From assembly GCA_965221905.1 (NCBI GenBank), contig OZ244922.1, positions 1,472,001 to 1,536,000 of the forward strand: a stretch of 64,000 nucleotides of DNA, read 5' to 3'. The notes under the pieces were generated by a model. The model saw only the letters and a list, made by a program, of their open reading frames with translations. It ran no database searches and had not been told where the DNA came from. The position numbers and the translations under genes were made by a program. Each line of letters begins with the position of its first letter. The first letter of the stretch is position 1. Of the stretch, positions 37,935-48,043 are shown in pieces. Source of the DNA: Chloroflexota bacterium. GTDB taxonomy: Bacteria > Chloroflexota > UBA11872 > VXOZ01.

Positions 37935-38203
37935 GCGCGCATCGCGGAGAGCACTATCGCTTGGAGTGATGCAATACCTGCGGCGATTTCGCAGGCATGA
38001 AGGGCACCCCGAGTATTGCGCTCTGCCGATCCGGTTGCTGGCACAGTCGGCAGAGCCTGCTAAACGTGTCGCACGCTCCTGCGGTATAATTTTGGAGCTA
38101 CGATTGCTCCTGGCTACGCATCGATTCGGCAATTTCGGCGCGTAGCACACAGTTCACTATGAAGTCTACCCGAGGCAAGTCCGGCAACGAGGCAACAGTA
38201 GTC

Positions 38204-38548
38204 ATGGAAGCGAAAATTGCAGATCGTGACATCGAGCGATTGCACTTCGACGCCCAAGGGCTTGTGCCTGCCGTGATTCAAGACGTGGATACGAAACAGG
38301 TGCTCATGCTGGGCTACATGACAAAGCAAATGTTGGCCAAGACACTGGAAACGGAGCAGGTGTGGTTTTGGAGCCGGAGCCGCCGAGAGCCGTGGCTAAA
38401 GGGCGCTACGAGCGGAAACTACTTGAACGTGGTGGGCGTTTATCGCAATTGTGAAGACAACTCGTTGCTCATTCTTGCCAGACCCGATGGTCCTACCTGC
38501 CATACGGGCAGTGTCTCATGCTACTACCGCACGCTCGATGAGGAATAG
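38204..38548 (+). CDS. hisI: Phosphoribosyl-AMP cyclohydrolase
   Basis: GLVPAVIQD, WSRSR..W.KG.TSG, GPTCHTG..SCY. Confidence 0.93.
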   Translation: MEAKIADRDIERLHFDAQGLVPAVIQDVDTKQVLMLGYMTKQMLAKTLETEQVWFWSRSRREPWLKGATSGNYLNVVGVYRNCEDNSLLILARPDGPTCHTGSVSCYYRTLDEE

Positions 38549-38550
38549 CC

Positions 38551-38925
38551 ATGGCAGATGAAGGCAAACCCGCAGAAGTCAAGGCAGCGATGCTCGATGA
38601 GGTCTTTCAAACCATCCGTGAACGGCAGCAATCGATGCCTGAGGGGTCTTACGTAACGCATCTGCTCCAGGGAGGCATTGATCGAATTGCCCGAAAGGTG
38701 GGCGAAGAGGCGATAGAGGTGGTGCTGGCAGCCAAGAACGAAGCACCGGACGACCTGACGGCGGAAGTGGCCGACCTGTGGTTCCATTGCTTGGTGTTAT
38801 TGGCACAGTGCGGACTCACGCCGGATGACATCTACCAAGAACTCGCCCAGCGGCACGGCAAGCAATCGAGTTTTAGGCAAAAGGCTGATGCACAGGCTCA
38901 GTTGCCTTCTTCTCAAGACGTCTAG
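38551..38925 (+). CDS. hisE: Phosphoribosyl-ATP pyrophosphatase
   Basis: SY..LL..G...KVGEEAxE...ExADLxFH. Confidence 0.93.
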   Translation: MADEGKPAEVKAAMLDEVFQTIRERQQSMPEGSYVTHLLQGGIDRIARKVGEEAIEVVLAAKNEAPDDLTAEVADLWFHCLVLLAQCGLTPDDIYQELAQRHGKQSSFRQKADAQAQLPSSQDV

Positions 38926-39155
38926 TCCAATTGCAGCTTTCGCGCGCGTTTCGATCCAAATGTCAGCGGATGCTTGCGCTTCCCGCTTGGAGGCGTTTGC
39001 GCTCCGAAAGCCACAGACAGGCCGAGTGTGGCCCTTGGCGCATAATTCCAAGATAAGCCTACTCCCGTCGATTGCGTGCCTGAATGCAGGGGCACTTCTT
39101 ATCTCAAAGAATTGAGCGCAATGCGTAGAATCCCGCTGCATCCGCAGGGCACACG

Positions 39156-41201
39156 ATGATATCTGAACGCAAGAATCAATTTGCGCCCACGATGCGAATG
39201 TTCCGCACTATGATCAGCCTGAGGGTTCTCCCGCCAGCGCTCAGCGTATTGTGGGTCGGAGGACTGCTCGCCGGTATAGGACTCTTCTTGCGTGCCTTGC
39301 GCTTTGTAGGGCTGTTGCCAGCGGAAAACCACTGGGGGTCGCTGGTCTGGGTGGTTCCGGCGTTAGTTGCGCTTTCATGGATTGCCCTCGCGCTTCTTTG
39401 GTTTAGAGCGACCCGGGCTCTCGTGCCGCTGCGAGTGCTTGTGCTTACCGGACTCCCATTCTTGCCGTTTGCAGTGTTGGGATTTCTCCACCACCCTCCG
39501 TTCCACATGGGCATCGGGCTGCTGACGGAGATTAGCGAAATCATCCACTACGTGCGCGGCGGGAGAGTCGCACTTGGTACAATTGTGGCATTGACTATCT
39601 ATTTCCATGCCCTGATAGGCAGCGCGAGTCTGCGCTACGCGCGAGGAGGGCATTCGTGCCGGACCGCTCTTGGGGAAGGGGCGACTTCTCTCTTGCCAAC
39701 GGTGATAGCAGGGGCGCTGCTGGTATTGGGTTTAACGCAAGCCGTTACCTATATCTCAATCGCCTTCGACGACCAAGTGCGCTACTGGTCGGTTGCAGAT
39801 GCCTTGGCTCGGGGCCAAGGGTATCCGCTAAGGACATTCGATCAAGAGTTTGCGAATTCGCTAAGTGAAGTCCCGTATTGGACCGATGACTTGCCCGTAT
39901 GGCCGGTCACTATGCTAGTCGGCTTTGCGCTCTTTGGGCACACTACAGCCGGGTCATACGCGCCTCTGATTGCGGCAAATGTACTTCTGCCCCTCGTTGC
40001 TTTTCTTGCTGTACGCAACATTTCCGGCAATCTAGTCTTGGCTTTTGGCGCAGCGGCAACGCTTGTTCTTTTCCCGATGTACCAGATCTATGCGCTTGGC
40101 GCGGCTGAGCCGGAGCCGCTTTTCCACTTGTTGCTACTGGCGATGATCGCCTGTGTGCCGAAAGCACGGCATTGGCAGCATTGGGTACTTTTCGGTATTG
40201 TCACCGGGCTTGTGGTCATGACTCGACCGGAAGGTGGGCTCTACGCGGCTGTGGCCTTGGTAGTACTGCTTGCAACGCGATGGCGGGAAGTTGGCGTCTG
40301 GGTTGCAGCAGTTTTGGCTGCAATACCTTCCATGATTTATGCCGGGATGACGTGGTTGCAAACGGGAAAACCGTGGCCGCTCCAGCGCACAACTTATTTT
40401 GCCCTGGAGAATCTGGCGCAACACTGGCAAGGATTCGCTACAGTGGGCGCAGAATACTACAGTGCTCAGCTTCGCACTACAACGACGGGCTTCTGGCTAG
40501 TCGTGGGTACCGCGTTGCTGCTCTTCATATGGGGAGCATTTTGGCTTGCGCTACAGCGCCCTGTGTTTCTCTTTGTGCCGCTGGCGGCGGGAGCACATGT
40601 GCTTCTTCTCTGGCTGACGGAGGCAGGTCCCGCGCTTTCAAATGTTGAGAATCCACCCGACTTCTTTCGCCACATGTCGCATGCTCTGCCTTATGCGTGG
40701 AGTACGGTGAGCCTTGGTATATTTGCCCTAGTTTGGTCTAAGCGTCACTTATGGCGGCAGTGGCTGCTTGTCACAATCTTTGTTCTTAGTACCTACTACT
40801 CCTACCAGGTACTCATAACGCCGGAGGCAACGTATGGCAGCGCAAGTATATTGTTGCCCTCAAGTGGAAGGTTTAGCCTGCTCAAGGCCGATACGTATGT
40901 CTTGGCCCAAGACCTTTTCGCGCATCCCCATGAGTTACCGGAGATCCCACACGCGTGGCGAGACGGCGTGCTCTTCATGCAACCGTGGGACTATCTTGGT
41001 TTCCGAGCAGGCGTATTCGATCACTATCGACCCTTCGACATGCACAGGGCGGACGTGGGCAAACCCTATATGATGGCGAGCCTGTATGCTAGTCTTTTGG
41101 CTTACATAACGCTTGCACTCGCCGCACTTGTCGGTTCAGTGGAACGCCCGGAGGCTACGAAGCGCTGGTGGCGGCGGGGGTCTGCCACCCCGTCTCAGTA
41201 A
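39156..41201 (+). CDS. Polytopic membrane protein, probable GT-C/ArnT-like glycosyltransferase
   Basis: DD..Y...A motif after a TM helix, E..F, TRPEG, many TM segments. Confidence 0.6.
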   Translation: MISERKNQFAPTMRMFRTMISLRVLPPALSVLWVGGLLAGIGLFLRALRFVGLLPAENHWGSLVWVVPALVALSWIALALLWFRATRALVPLRVLVLTGLPFLPFAVLGFLHHPPFHMGIGLLTEISEIIHYVRGGRVALGTIVALTIYFHALIGSASLRYARGGHSCRTALGEGATSLLPTVIAGALLVLGLTQAVTYISIAFDDQVRYWSVADALARGQGYPLRTFDQEFANSLSEVPYWTDDLPVWPVTMLVGFALFGHTTAGSYAPLIAANVLLPLVAFLAVRNISGNLVLAFGAAATLVLFPMYQIYALGAAEPEPLFHLLLLAMIACVPKARHWQHWVLFGIVTGLVVMTRPEGGLYAAVALVVLLATRWREVGVWVAAVLAAIPSMIYAGMTWLQTGKPWPLQRTTYFALENLAQHWQGFATVGAEYYSAQLRTTTTGFWLVVGTALLLFIWGAFWLALQRPVFLFVPLAAGAHVLLLWLTEAGPALSNVENPPDFFRHMSHALPYAWSTVSLGIFALVWSKRHLWRQWLLVTIFVLSTYYSYQVLITPEATYGSASILLPSSGRFSLLKADTYVLAQDLFAHPHELPEIPHAWRDGVLFMQPWDYLGFRAGVFDHYRPFDMHRADVGKPYMMASLYASLLAYITLALAALVGSVERPEATKRWWRRGSATPSQ

Positions 41202-42024
41202 GCAGATTCATGAGCGCGGCGTGCGCCTTGGCGAAGAGGTCGTGCCCCGTGTAGCCAAAGGAACGTCCCGCTACCTGGAGATGCGGCTCAAGCGAGAAGA
41301 ATCCGTCGTAACCTTGATGTTTTAACGCTCCCAGTAGTTCACGCCACTCCGCGCCCCCTTCACCGGCTACAACAACCTTGCCCTTTTGAGATTCCTTATC
41401 CTTGACGTGCACGTAGTGCAGCCAAGGATTCAAGGCAGGAAGGGCTTCGCTATACGGCTTCACACCACAGGCTACGAAGTTCGCAGGGTCAAGCGTCAGG
41501 CGCAAGTTCTCTGCCCCAACCGACTCAAATATGTCTTTGCAGCGGGCGGGCGTGTCGCCATAGATGTCGCTCTCATTCTCGTGTAGGAGAAGCACATCGG
41601 AACGGTGTTGGCGCGCCGCAGTGCTCAGGGCTTGCAGACGGCGCATTACTTCATCGCGGTAGCTATCCGGTTCCTCCCCCTCCGGCATGAAGAATGAGAA
41701 CATGCGGATATAGTTGGTCTCAAGTATGTCAGCGGCCTGCAGCGCACCCTTGAATCGTTCTAGGTGCGATTCAAAGTCATCAGTGATCATAATCTTGCCA
41801 ATTGGCGAACCGATGGCTGAGACTCGCATGCCGCGGTTGTCTAGTTCACGCTTCGCAGCGCACAGGTCGTCTTTAGACAGGTCGACGACTGCGGCCTTGG
41901 CCTCGCCATTGAAGGCAAGGTTGCGTACTTCAATGAAATTGATGCCGATTTCTTGCATGGAGTCGAGTTGCGAACCAAAGTTGTCCGCAATTTCGTCCCC
42001 AAAACCGCTGATGTTTTCGTACAT
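41155..42024 (-). CDS. Sugar phosphate isomerase/epimerase family protein
   Basis: SGFxDE, GSPIGK, IRxFSF, HENE, DPANF, HVKD, LEPHL; RBS AAGGAGG. Confidence 0.88.
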   Translation of the reverse strand: MYENISGFGDEIADNFGSQLDSMQEIGINFIEVRNLAFNGEAKAAVVDLSKDDLCAAKRELDNRGMRVSAIGSPIGKIMITDDFESHLERFKGALQAADILETNYIRMFSFFMPEGEEPDSYRDEVMRRLQALSTAARQHRSDVLLLHENESDIYGDTPARCKDIFESVGAENLRLTLDPANFVACGVKPYSEALPALNPWLHYVHVKDKESQKGKVVVAGEGGAEWRELLGALKHQGYDGFFSLEPHLQVAGRSFGYTGHDLFAKAHAALMNLLTETGWQTPAATSAS

Positions 42025-42578
42025 GCTTTGTCCTCCTTGATTGTTACTGAGCCAGACTACAGACACCTACTCTGGCGGCATTCCTTACGTCTTTTTCTTG
42101 ATGCATTACGTCGAATATCTCGGCTGGTTCTAGCATAGCGCCCTACCATGAGCATCACAATCTCGCACAAGAAGCGCTCGCCAGGTTGTTGCTGGCCCAA
42201 TGGCCGCCATAGGGGCGCCTAGAGGGGAGGAAGTCTTCTTGCACCGAAGGTACGTACAGAGGGAATCTCCGCACAGTTCTGCCTCCGGTTGAGAGATGAA
42301 AAAATGGTTAAACGAATTGCTGCTGGTTGTTAACTCTCGTTCCTCGCCGGTCGCATGACTGCTTTGTGATGAAGTGGGAAGGAGATATGAGTCTCTGCCG
42401 TAACCCAAAGTTGGTATAATGAAGCAAGCGCCGCGCTCCACCTCGCAGAGCGAAGTAAACCGCTGTTCTATCGTGCTTCCGAGGTCTTGCGGTGCAGCAT
42501 GAAAGTGTGGTTTTGGGAGTTCGCCAAGAGCACCCCAATCTCAAGTATACGGTTTCGTAGAGTTAGGAGAAGGCCACC

Positions 42579-42794
42579 GTGCAGCAGTATCTCCAAGCAA
42601 TTCAAATCATCCTCTCCGTCGCGCTCATTGCCGCAGTGCTTTTGCAGGCACGTGGCGCTGCGTTGGGCTCGGCGTTTGGCGGATCGGATAGCATCCACAA
42701 TACGCGTCGCGGTGTTGATCGGTTGCTTTTCAATGTCACCATCGGGCTCGCGACGCTCTTCATCGTGGTTTCCGTCGTCCTTGTGCGCATTTAG
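42579..42794 (+). CDS. secG: Preprotein translocase subunit SecG
   Basis: LLQxRGxxLGxAFGG..TRRG; two TM helices; upstream TGgTATAAT at 42412-42420. Confidence 0.93.
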   Translation: MQQYLQAIQIILSVALIAAVLLQARGAALGSAFGGSDSIHNTRRGVDRLLFNVTIGLATLFIVVSVVLVRI

Positions 42795-42813
42795 TGCGCG
42801 GCAGGGGTGAAGT

Positions 42814-44496
42814 ATGGCAGATCAGTTTTCGCCCCCATCTTCCCGCATTGCCGGGATTGTCATTGTCGGTAGTATCGGCTCACTGCTGGCGGCGGCGCTG
42901 CTTGCGTATTTTGCCTTCGCTGCGAGCGTTGTCGATGTCCCCGACTTCGGCGGCACCTATATAGAGGGTACGTTGGGCCCTCCACCGACGCTTGTGTCAA
43001 TCCTTGCCAATGATGATACGGCGCGGACCATTTCGGGGCTCATATTCAATGGCCTCACACGCTATGCGGCGGACGGCACGGTTGTGCCGGATTTAGCAAC
43101 GGGTTGGGAAATAGACTCACAGAGTCGATCTTTTGTGTTCCATCTCCGGGACGACGTACGGTGGCAGGACGGTACGCCGCTTACGGTTGACGACGTGCTC
43201 TTCACTTACGGCCTGCTGGCGAGTCCTCAACGCCGCGATCCGGTTTGGAGTAACGTGAGAGCAGAGCGCGAGGGCGAGCGGAGCGTGCGGATTTTTCTCT
43301 TGAACGACGTGTACCTGCCGCTCCTCGAATATGCGACGATCGGTATCTTGCCGCGGCATCTCTTGGATGGAGTTAGTGCGGATCAGTTATTGCTAACTCC
43401 CTTCAACCTGGAGCCGGTGGGCACAGGCCCATATCGCGTCGTTGAATTCACTGAGGAATTTGCGCTGCTCAGTGCAAACGAAGATTACTTTGGCGGGCGT
43501 CCGCATATCCGCTATTTGAAGTTTAAGTTCTATCCGAATGCTAAGGCCGCCATTACCGCGCTGGAGCGGGGTGAGGTTGAAGGCGTGAGCTATCTTCCCG
43601 TCTCGGAGAGGAGTCGTGTGGACGCGATTGCGGACGTCGAGGAATACAGCGCACCTCTTGCCGGCTACACTGTTCTTTACTTCAATCTGCGTCGTCCCCC
43701 ATTCTGGGATCGTACGTTACGACAGGCAATTGCCCATGCTATCGATCGGGACTATCTTGCCAATGACGTGCAGGGAGGAATGGCTGACCCCCTAGAGGGA
43801 CCAGTTCTGCCGGTCTCCTGGGCACACTCCCCAAATGTACCGCGCTATCTCTACGACCCCGAAACAAGCAGAGATTTGCTTGACAAGTTAGGCTGGATTG
43901 TCGGCCCGGATGGCGTGCGGGTTAGAGGGGAAGTCCGTCTCTCGCTAAAGTTGCTGAGGACAGACATTCCGGGCCAGGCCGAACTCGCGGAAGCAATCCA
44001 GGGCCAACTGCGGCAAGTTGGCTTTGAGGTGGAGATTCAGGTTGCGGGTCCTTCCGGGCTGCTTTACGACTCCTTGCTCACAAATGACTTTGACATCGCA
44101 TTGTACACGTGGCTATTGAATGGTTTGGAACCAGATCCATATCTGACCTGGCATTCCAGCCAGATTAAAAGCGGATGGAATTTTTCCGGCTTCACCGATC
44201 CCCGTGTAGACGAGGCGCTACAAAATGCTCGCAACACGCTTGATCAAGATGAACGGAAAAGCATGTATGCGGACTTTCAGCTCATGTTTGCTGAAGAAGT
44301 GCCGAGTTTGATGCTGCTCAGCCCCCGCTATAGTTTCGCCGTACGAACGACTGTGCGCGGCGTTACCGTGCCCGCAGTCTTGCCAACCATCGAAACTCGC
44401 TTGTCCGAAGTGGGTAGTTGGTACATTAAGACAAAGAAGAACGTCTTGAACGTGCGTGGACCGCTGGAGGGTTGGCGTTTACCTTTCTTTTCGTAA
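42814..44496 (+). CDS. Peptide ABC transporter substrate-binding protein (SBP family 5)
   Basis: PDLA..W...F.LR..V.WxDG.PxTxDDVxFT, PVGTGPY. Confidence 0.9.
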   Translation: MADQFSPPSSRIAGIVIVGSIGSLLAAALLAYFAFAASVVDVPDFGGTYIEGTLGPPPTLVSILANDDTARTISGLIFNGLTRYAADGTVVPDLATGWEIDSQSRSFVFHLRDDVRWQDGTPLTVDDVLFTYGLLASPQRRDPVWSNVRAEREGERSVRIFLLNDVYLPLLEYATIGILPRHLLDGVSADQLLLTPFNLEPVGTGPYRVVEFTEEFALLSANEDYFGGRPHIRYLKFKFYPNAKAAITALERGEVEGVSYLPVSERSRVDAIADVEEYSAPLAGYTVLYFNLRRPPFWDRTLRQAIAHAIDRDYLANDVQGGMADPLEGPVLPVSWAHSPNVPRYLYDPETSRDLLDKLGWIVGPDGVRVRGEVRLSLKLLRTDIPGQAELAEAIQGQLRQVGFEVEIQVAGPSGLLYDSLLTNDFDIALYTWLLNGLEPDPYLTWHSSQIKSGWNFSGFTDPRVDEALQNARNTLDQDERKSMYADFQLMFAEEVPSLMLLSPRYSFAVRTTVRGVTVPAVLPTIETRLSEVGSWYIKTKKNVLNVRGPLEGWRLPFFS

Positions 44497-44511
44497 AGGA
44501 GCAAGTGCAGC

Positions 44512-45303
44512 GTGACCGGCCTCAAAGTCCCAACAGTACGGATTATTGCTATAGGCACGGAACTCGTGCTGGGTCGGATTCAGGACACGAATTCATTCTG
44601 GCTTTCGCAGCAGCTCACGGAGTTGGGCGCGGAAGTGCGGCGGATAACGGTGCTTCCCGATGTGCTTGAAGAGGTAATTCCCGTGCTGCAGGGAGCCGCC
44701 GATGACAATGCAGACTTTGTGGTGGTTACCGGTGGGTTAGGCCCAACTCCCGATGACTTGACGGTGGAAGCGGTGGCTCGATGGCTGGGTGAAGGAACGT
44801 ATCAGGAACCGAGCCTACTTGAAGACTACATGCGGCGGAGGCAGATAAGCGAGGATGAACTCAGCACCGGTATGCGCAAGATGGCAACAGTGCCGGAAAG
44901 TGCAGTAGTTTGGGCGAGTCCGGCGGGTTGGGCGCCGTGCATCCAAGTAAGCAAGGCAGGAACGACCTACTTTATATTGCCGGGCCCCCCGCGCGAGATG
45001 GAGGCGCTCTTCGATCGCTATGTTGCCACCTCGATTTCGGAGTCGCTTGAAGTCAAGAGCGCCGCCCGCCGCTTATATGTCAATATGAGCGAGTCGGAGG
45101 TCTCACCGTTCATTGAAGATGCGATGGAACAGTTTCCCGGGCTCTATGCGAAGGCCTACGTTGCCTTGCGCAGCGACACTCATTTGCCTGTCGACTTTGT
45201 TGCTCGAGCAGCCTCCGATCGCGAAGCGCGCCTGATGCTGAGCGAAGTCATAGACCGGTTCTCCGCGGAGGTGAAAGCGATGGGTAAGGACATTCACTAC
45301 TAG
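44512..45303 (+). CDS. CinA-like molybdopterin-binding domain protein (no PncC domain)
   Basis: IGxELxxG...DTN, TGGLGPTxDDLT, LPGPPxEM. Confidence 0.85.
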   Translation: MTGLKVPTVRIIAIGTELVLGRIQDTNSFWLSQQLTELGAEVRRITVLPDVLEEVIPVLQGAADDNADFVVVTGGLGPTPDDLTVEAVARWLGEGTYQEPSLLEDYMRRRQISEDELSTGMRKMATVPESAVVWASPAGWAPCIQVSKAGTTYFILPGPPREMEALFDRYVATSISESLEVKSAARRLYVNMSESEVSPFIEDAMEQFPGLYAKAYVALRSDTHLPVDFVARAASDREARLMLSEVIDRFSAEVKAMGKDIHY

Positions 45304-45351
45304 ACTAGGGAGATTCTAGCCGGCAAGTCTCGGAGCACGAACCGCGATCGC

Positions 45352-46644
45352 TTAGGTGCTTTGGCTCTTTGCCAGCGCATCTCTGGCGGCCAGGAAATTC
45401 GCATTTAGCTCTAGAGCCGTTTCGAAGTCGCTGCGCGCCCCTTCTCGGTCTCCAGACATCTCCCGTGCGCGCCCCCGCCAGAAATACCATTCCTCAATGG
45501 CTGTGTCTCCCATACCGGCTTCCGCGAGTGCAATCACATCCTGGTATCGTCCCTGGGCCAAGTAGGCTTCGAACGGGCCGAATTGATACCAGAACATGCG
45601 CCAGGGCAGCCCAAGCTGCCGTGCCCAATCAAAGGCCTGGGCAGCCTGGCGAGTGTCGCCGAGATTCAGTGCGCTCGTGCCCAGATTGAACCAGGTAAAG
45701 GCGTTGTTCTCGTCTTTTGATAGCTCTTCTTGGGCAATGCGCAGTGCGAGTTGCCACATCTGTGAGCCTTTGGTGCTCCCATCAAGGATCGCATCCACGG
45801 CGAGCTGATCCTCTTGCGGATATATAACTATGTATGTGCGATTGAAGACATGCCATATGGCGTCGAACTCCGAGTAAGTCATAGTCAAATTCGGCCCCGA
45901 GTATGAGTCGTGCGCCTTGAGAATTTGCGATTGATTGTCGTAGCCGAACAGCACCCGATAGTGACCCATCCCGTTGTTTGGCTCCGGCTCGAACCATATC
46001 TCAGCGATAACTGGATAACCGGCGGCCAAGAGCTGCATTACCAGGTTCAAGTCACCCCCGACGCCCACGTGTGCCTGAAAACCGATTGCTTCGGCGTACG
46101 CTGCAATCTCGTGTGGACTGACGTTCTTGTCGTTGGGGTCGGGCTTCAGTATAGGTGCGATTTCTGCTTGCGACTCCGTGCGGTCATAGTAGCTCAGCAC
46201 CATGCCCACAGAGGTTGGCGCGCAGTTGTTCCACCCTTGATACTCGTGCCGCAAGCCGATGAGCAATGCGGATGGGGGTACGGACACTGACGCCGGCGCC
46301 GTTGCAGTAGCTGGTTCTAAGGTTACGCGAACCTCCGCTGCCGGCGAAGTTTGCTCCTGAACGGTAGTGGCTGGTATTAGGGTTGGCACGGCCGGCGGGA
46401 GCACGGCGCTGCGCGTTTGCGATACCTGGGGGATCGCACTCTGACGGGGCGACTCACTACGCTCGAAGGCAGGTAAGAGCAGTCCGACGATGGCAGAAAC
46501 TGCAAATGCGCCGGCAAACACGCCTAGTACCGCCAACAGTGCCCAGAGCGGCAGCCTGGAAGACTTCCTACGCCGTGGTGCAGGGCGAGGAATAACTCTG
46601 ACTGTTGGGTGACTGTCGATCTGCCACATGAGTGCACGCTCCAA
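45352..46644 (-). CDS. Membrane-anchored C39-like cysteine peptidase with C-terminal TPR repeats
   Basis: Q..NNCxP, GHY, HDS catalytic triad motifs; Pro/Thr linker; TPR-like helices. Confidence 0.8.
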   Translation of the reverse strand: MERALMWQIDSHPTVRVIPRPAPRRRKSSRLPLWALLAVLGVFAGAFAVSAIVGLLLPAFERSESPRQSAIPQVSQTRSAVLPPAVPTLIPATTVQEQTSPAAEVRVTLEPATATAPASVSVPPSALLIGLRHEYQGWNNCAPTSVGMVLSYYDRTESQAEIAPILKPDPNDKNVSPHEIAAYAEAIGFQAHVGVGGDLNLVMQLLAAGYPVIAEIWFEPEPNNGMGHYRVLFGYDNQSQILKAHDSYSGPNLTMTYSEFDAIWHVFNRTYIVIYPQEDQLAVDAILDGSTKGSQMWQLALRIAQEELSKDENNAFTWFNLGTSALNLGDTRQAAQAFDWARQLGLPWRMFWYQFGPFEAYLAQGRYQDVIALAEAGMGDTAIEEWYFWRGRAREMSGDREGARSDFETALELNANFLAARDALAKSQST

Positions 46645-46921
46645 ACATTCGAGTCTCTCGCTTCATCATACTCGACCCTTACAGGGATGAGAACCCTTCT
46701 TGGCGTGACTTCCCCTTTGTGGTTGTAGCCATGGCGGCGTCTCGGATCTCGTGTGGCAGTGTGGTGGGATCAGAGCATCATGGGTGGCATGCAAGAAAGT
46801 CGTTGCGCTTGAAACGCAAACTGCGCATCCTCTTGCATCGCATCACGACCATTGTTGACGGCGCTCGCAGGGCGCGCTATCGTGCCAAAGTGAAACCCTT
46901 AGCAGTCTTTGGAGCAAAACG

Positions 46922-47779
46922 ATGAAACTTTGTCTATTGACCTACAATATGGCGCGGCACTGGGAGCTTCCGGAACTCCTCAAGTTAGCGCGTTTAGGAG
47001 GCTTCAGCGGTTTGGAATTTCGGTCCGAAGCCGGTCACAAACATGGTGTGGAACTGGAAACATGCGCCGAGGAGCGCCGCTCGATTCGTTACCAGGTGCA
47101 GGATGCATGCCTGGAAGTCGCCGGTATCAGCACCAGTTCACGCTTTGAAACGCCCGATGCCACAAAGCGACGGGAGATTGTGGAGCGCAGCAAGCGCTTC
47201 ATTGAGCTTGCGGCAGACGTCAACGCGCGCCAGATACGGGTCTTTGGCAATGACATGCCCAAGGAAGGCGCAGATGGGGGGGCTCCTCCGCCGCGCGAAG
47301 ACGTAATGCGCTACGTAGGCGACTCGCTCCGGGAACTCGGTGAATTTGCCGAACCGCTCGGCGTCAACGTGATGCTGGAGATGCACGGACAGTTTAACTA
47401 TTGGCATTTCGCCATGACCGCGGTTGAGCATGCCGACCATCCACAGGTGGGGATACTCTATAACTGCGATAACCGCGATCTCGTGGGCGGGTCGGTGGCT
47501 TCCACGTACAATCGCGTCGCACACATGATCGGTCACGTGCACATGCACGACTTCGTTAATGGTTTCCCCTACGCGGAGCTCTTCGGACTGCTCCAACGAG
47601 ACGGCTACGATGGGTATCTTTCCTCAGAGATTGGCAAGACTGAACCGACCCATGAGGACTACTTCCTCATGTATGCTCAGCTTTTCCGCGCCTGGAACGC
47701 ACTGGCCGCCGCAGCGGGCGAAAGTGCATTGCCGTATCACGCCGCCGCTGCCGGTACCGTGGCGAGTGCCGCCGGCTGA
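46922..47779 (+). CDS. Sugar phosphate isomerase/epimerase family protein
   Basis: GxxGLE.R, IRVFG, LEMHG, HVHMHD. Confidence 0.85.
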   Translation: MKLCLLTYNMARHWELPELLKLARLGGFSGLEFRSEAGHKHGVELETCAEERRSIRYQVQDACLEVAGISTSSRFETPDATKRREIVERSKRFIELAADVNARQIRVFGNDMPKEGADGGAPPPREDVMRYVGDSLRELGEFAEPLGVNVMLEMHGQFNYWHFAMTAVEHADHPQVGILYNCDNRDLVGGSVASTYNRVAHMIGHVHMHDFVNGFPYAELFGLLQRDGYDGYLSSEIGKTEPTHEDYFLMYAQLFRAWNALAAAAGESALPYHAAAAGTVASAAG

Positions 47780-48043
47780 GGGTAGCCGGGGTCTCTCCTA
47801 AGTCGTGCATTGAGAGAAATCTTGGTCGGTATTCTTTGTTTTCGCATCCGTTTCGCTACAAACCGGAGAGATAGCGACGCAAAAATGTGGAGCGAACGTG
47901 AGGCGCTCGCTGTGCGTGTCTTGTTGAAGGCGGGAGTAGAAACAGCATTGTGATCCGCGCATTCGATTGAAGAGGCAGGGCACTCGTGCCCGTAGGAAGA
48001 GTATTCGGTCGATAGGGATTTACTAGAATTGGGAGAGAGCCCG

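Noticed and set aside
47885-47953. 22-aa ORF MWSEREALAVRVLLKAGVETAL
   Set aside because: Weak RBS spacing and no other support.
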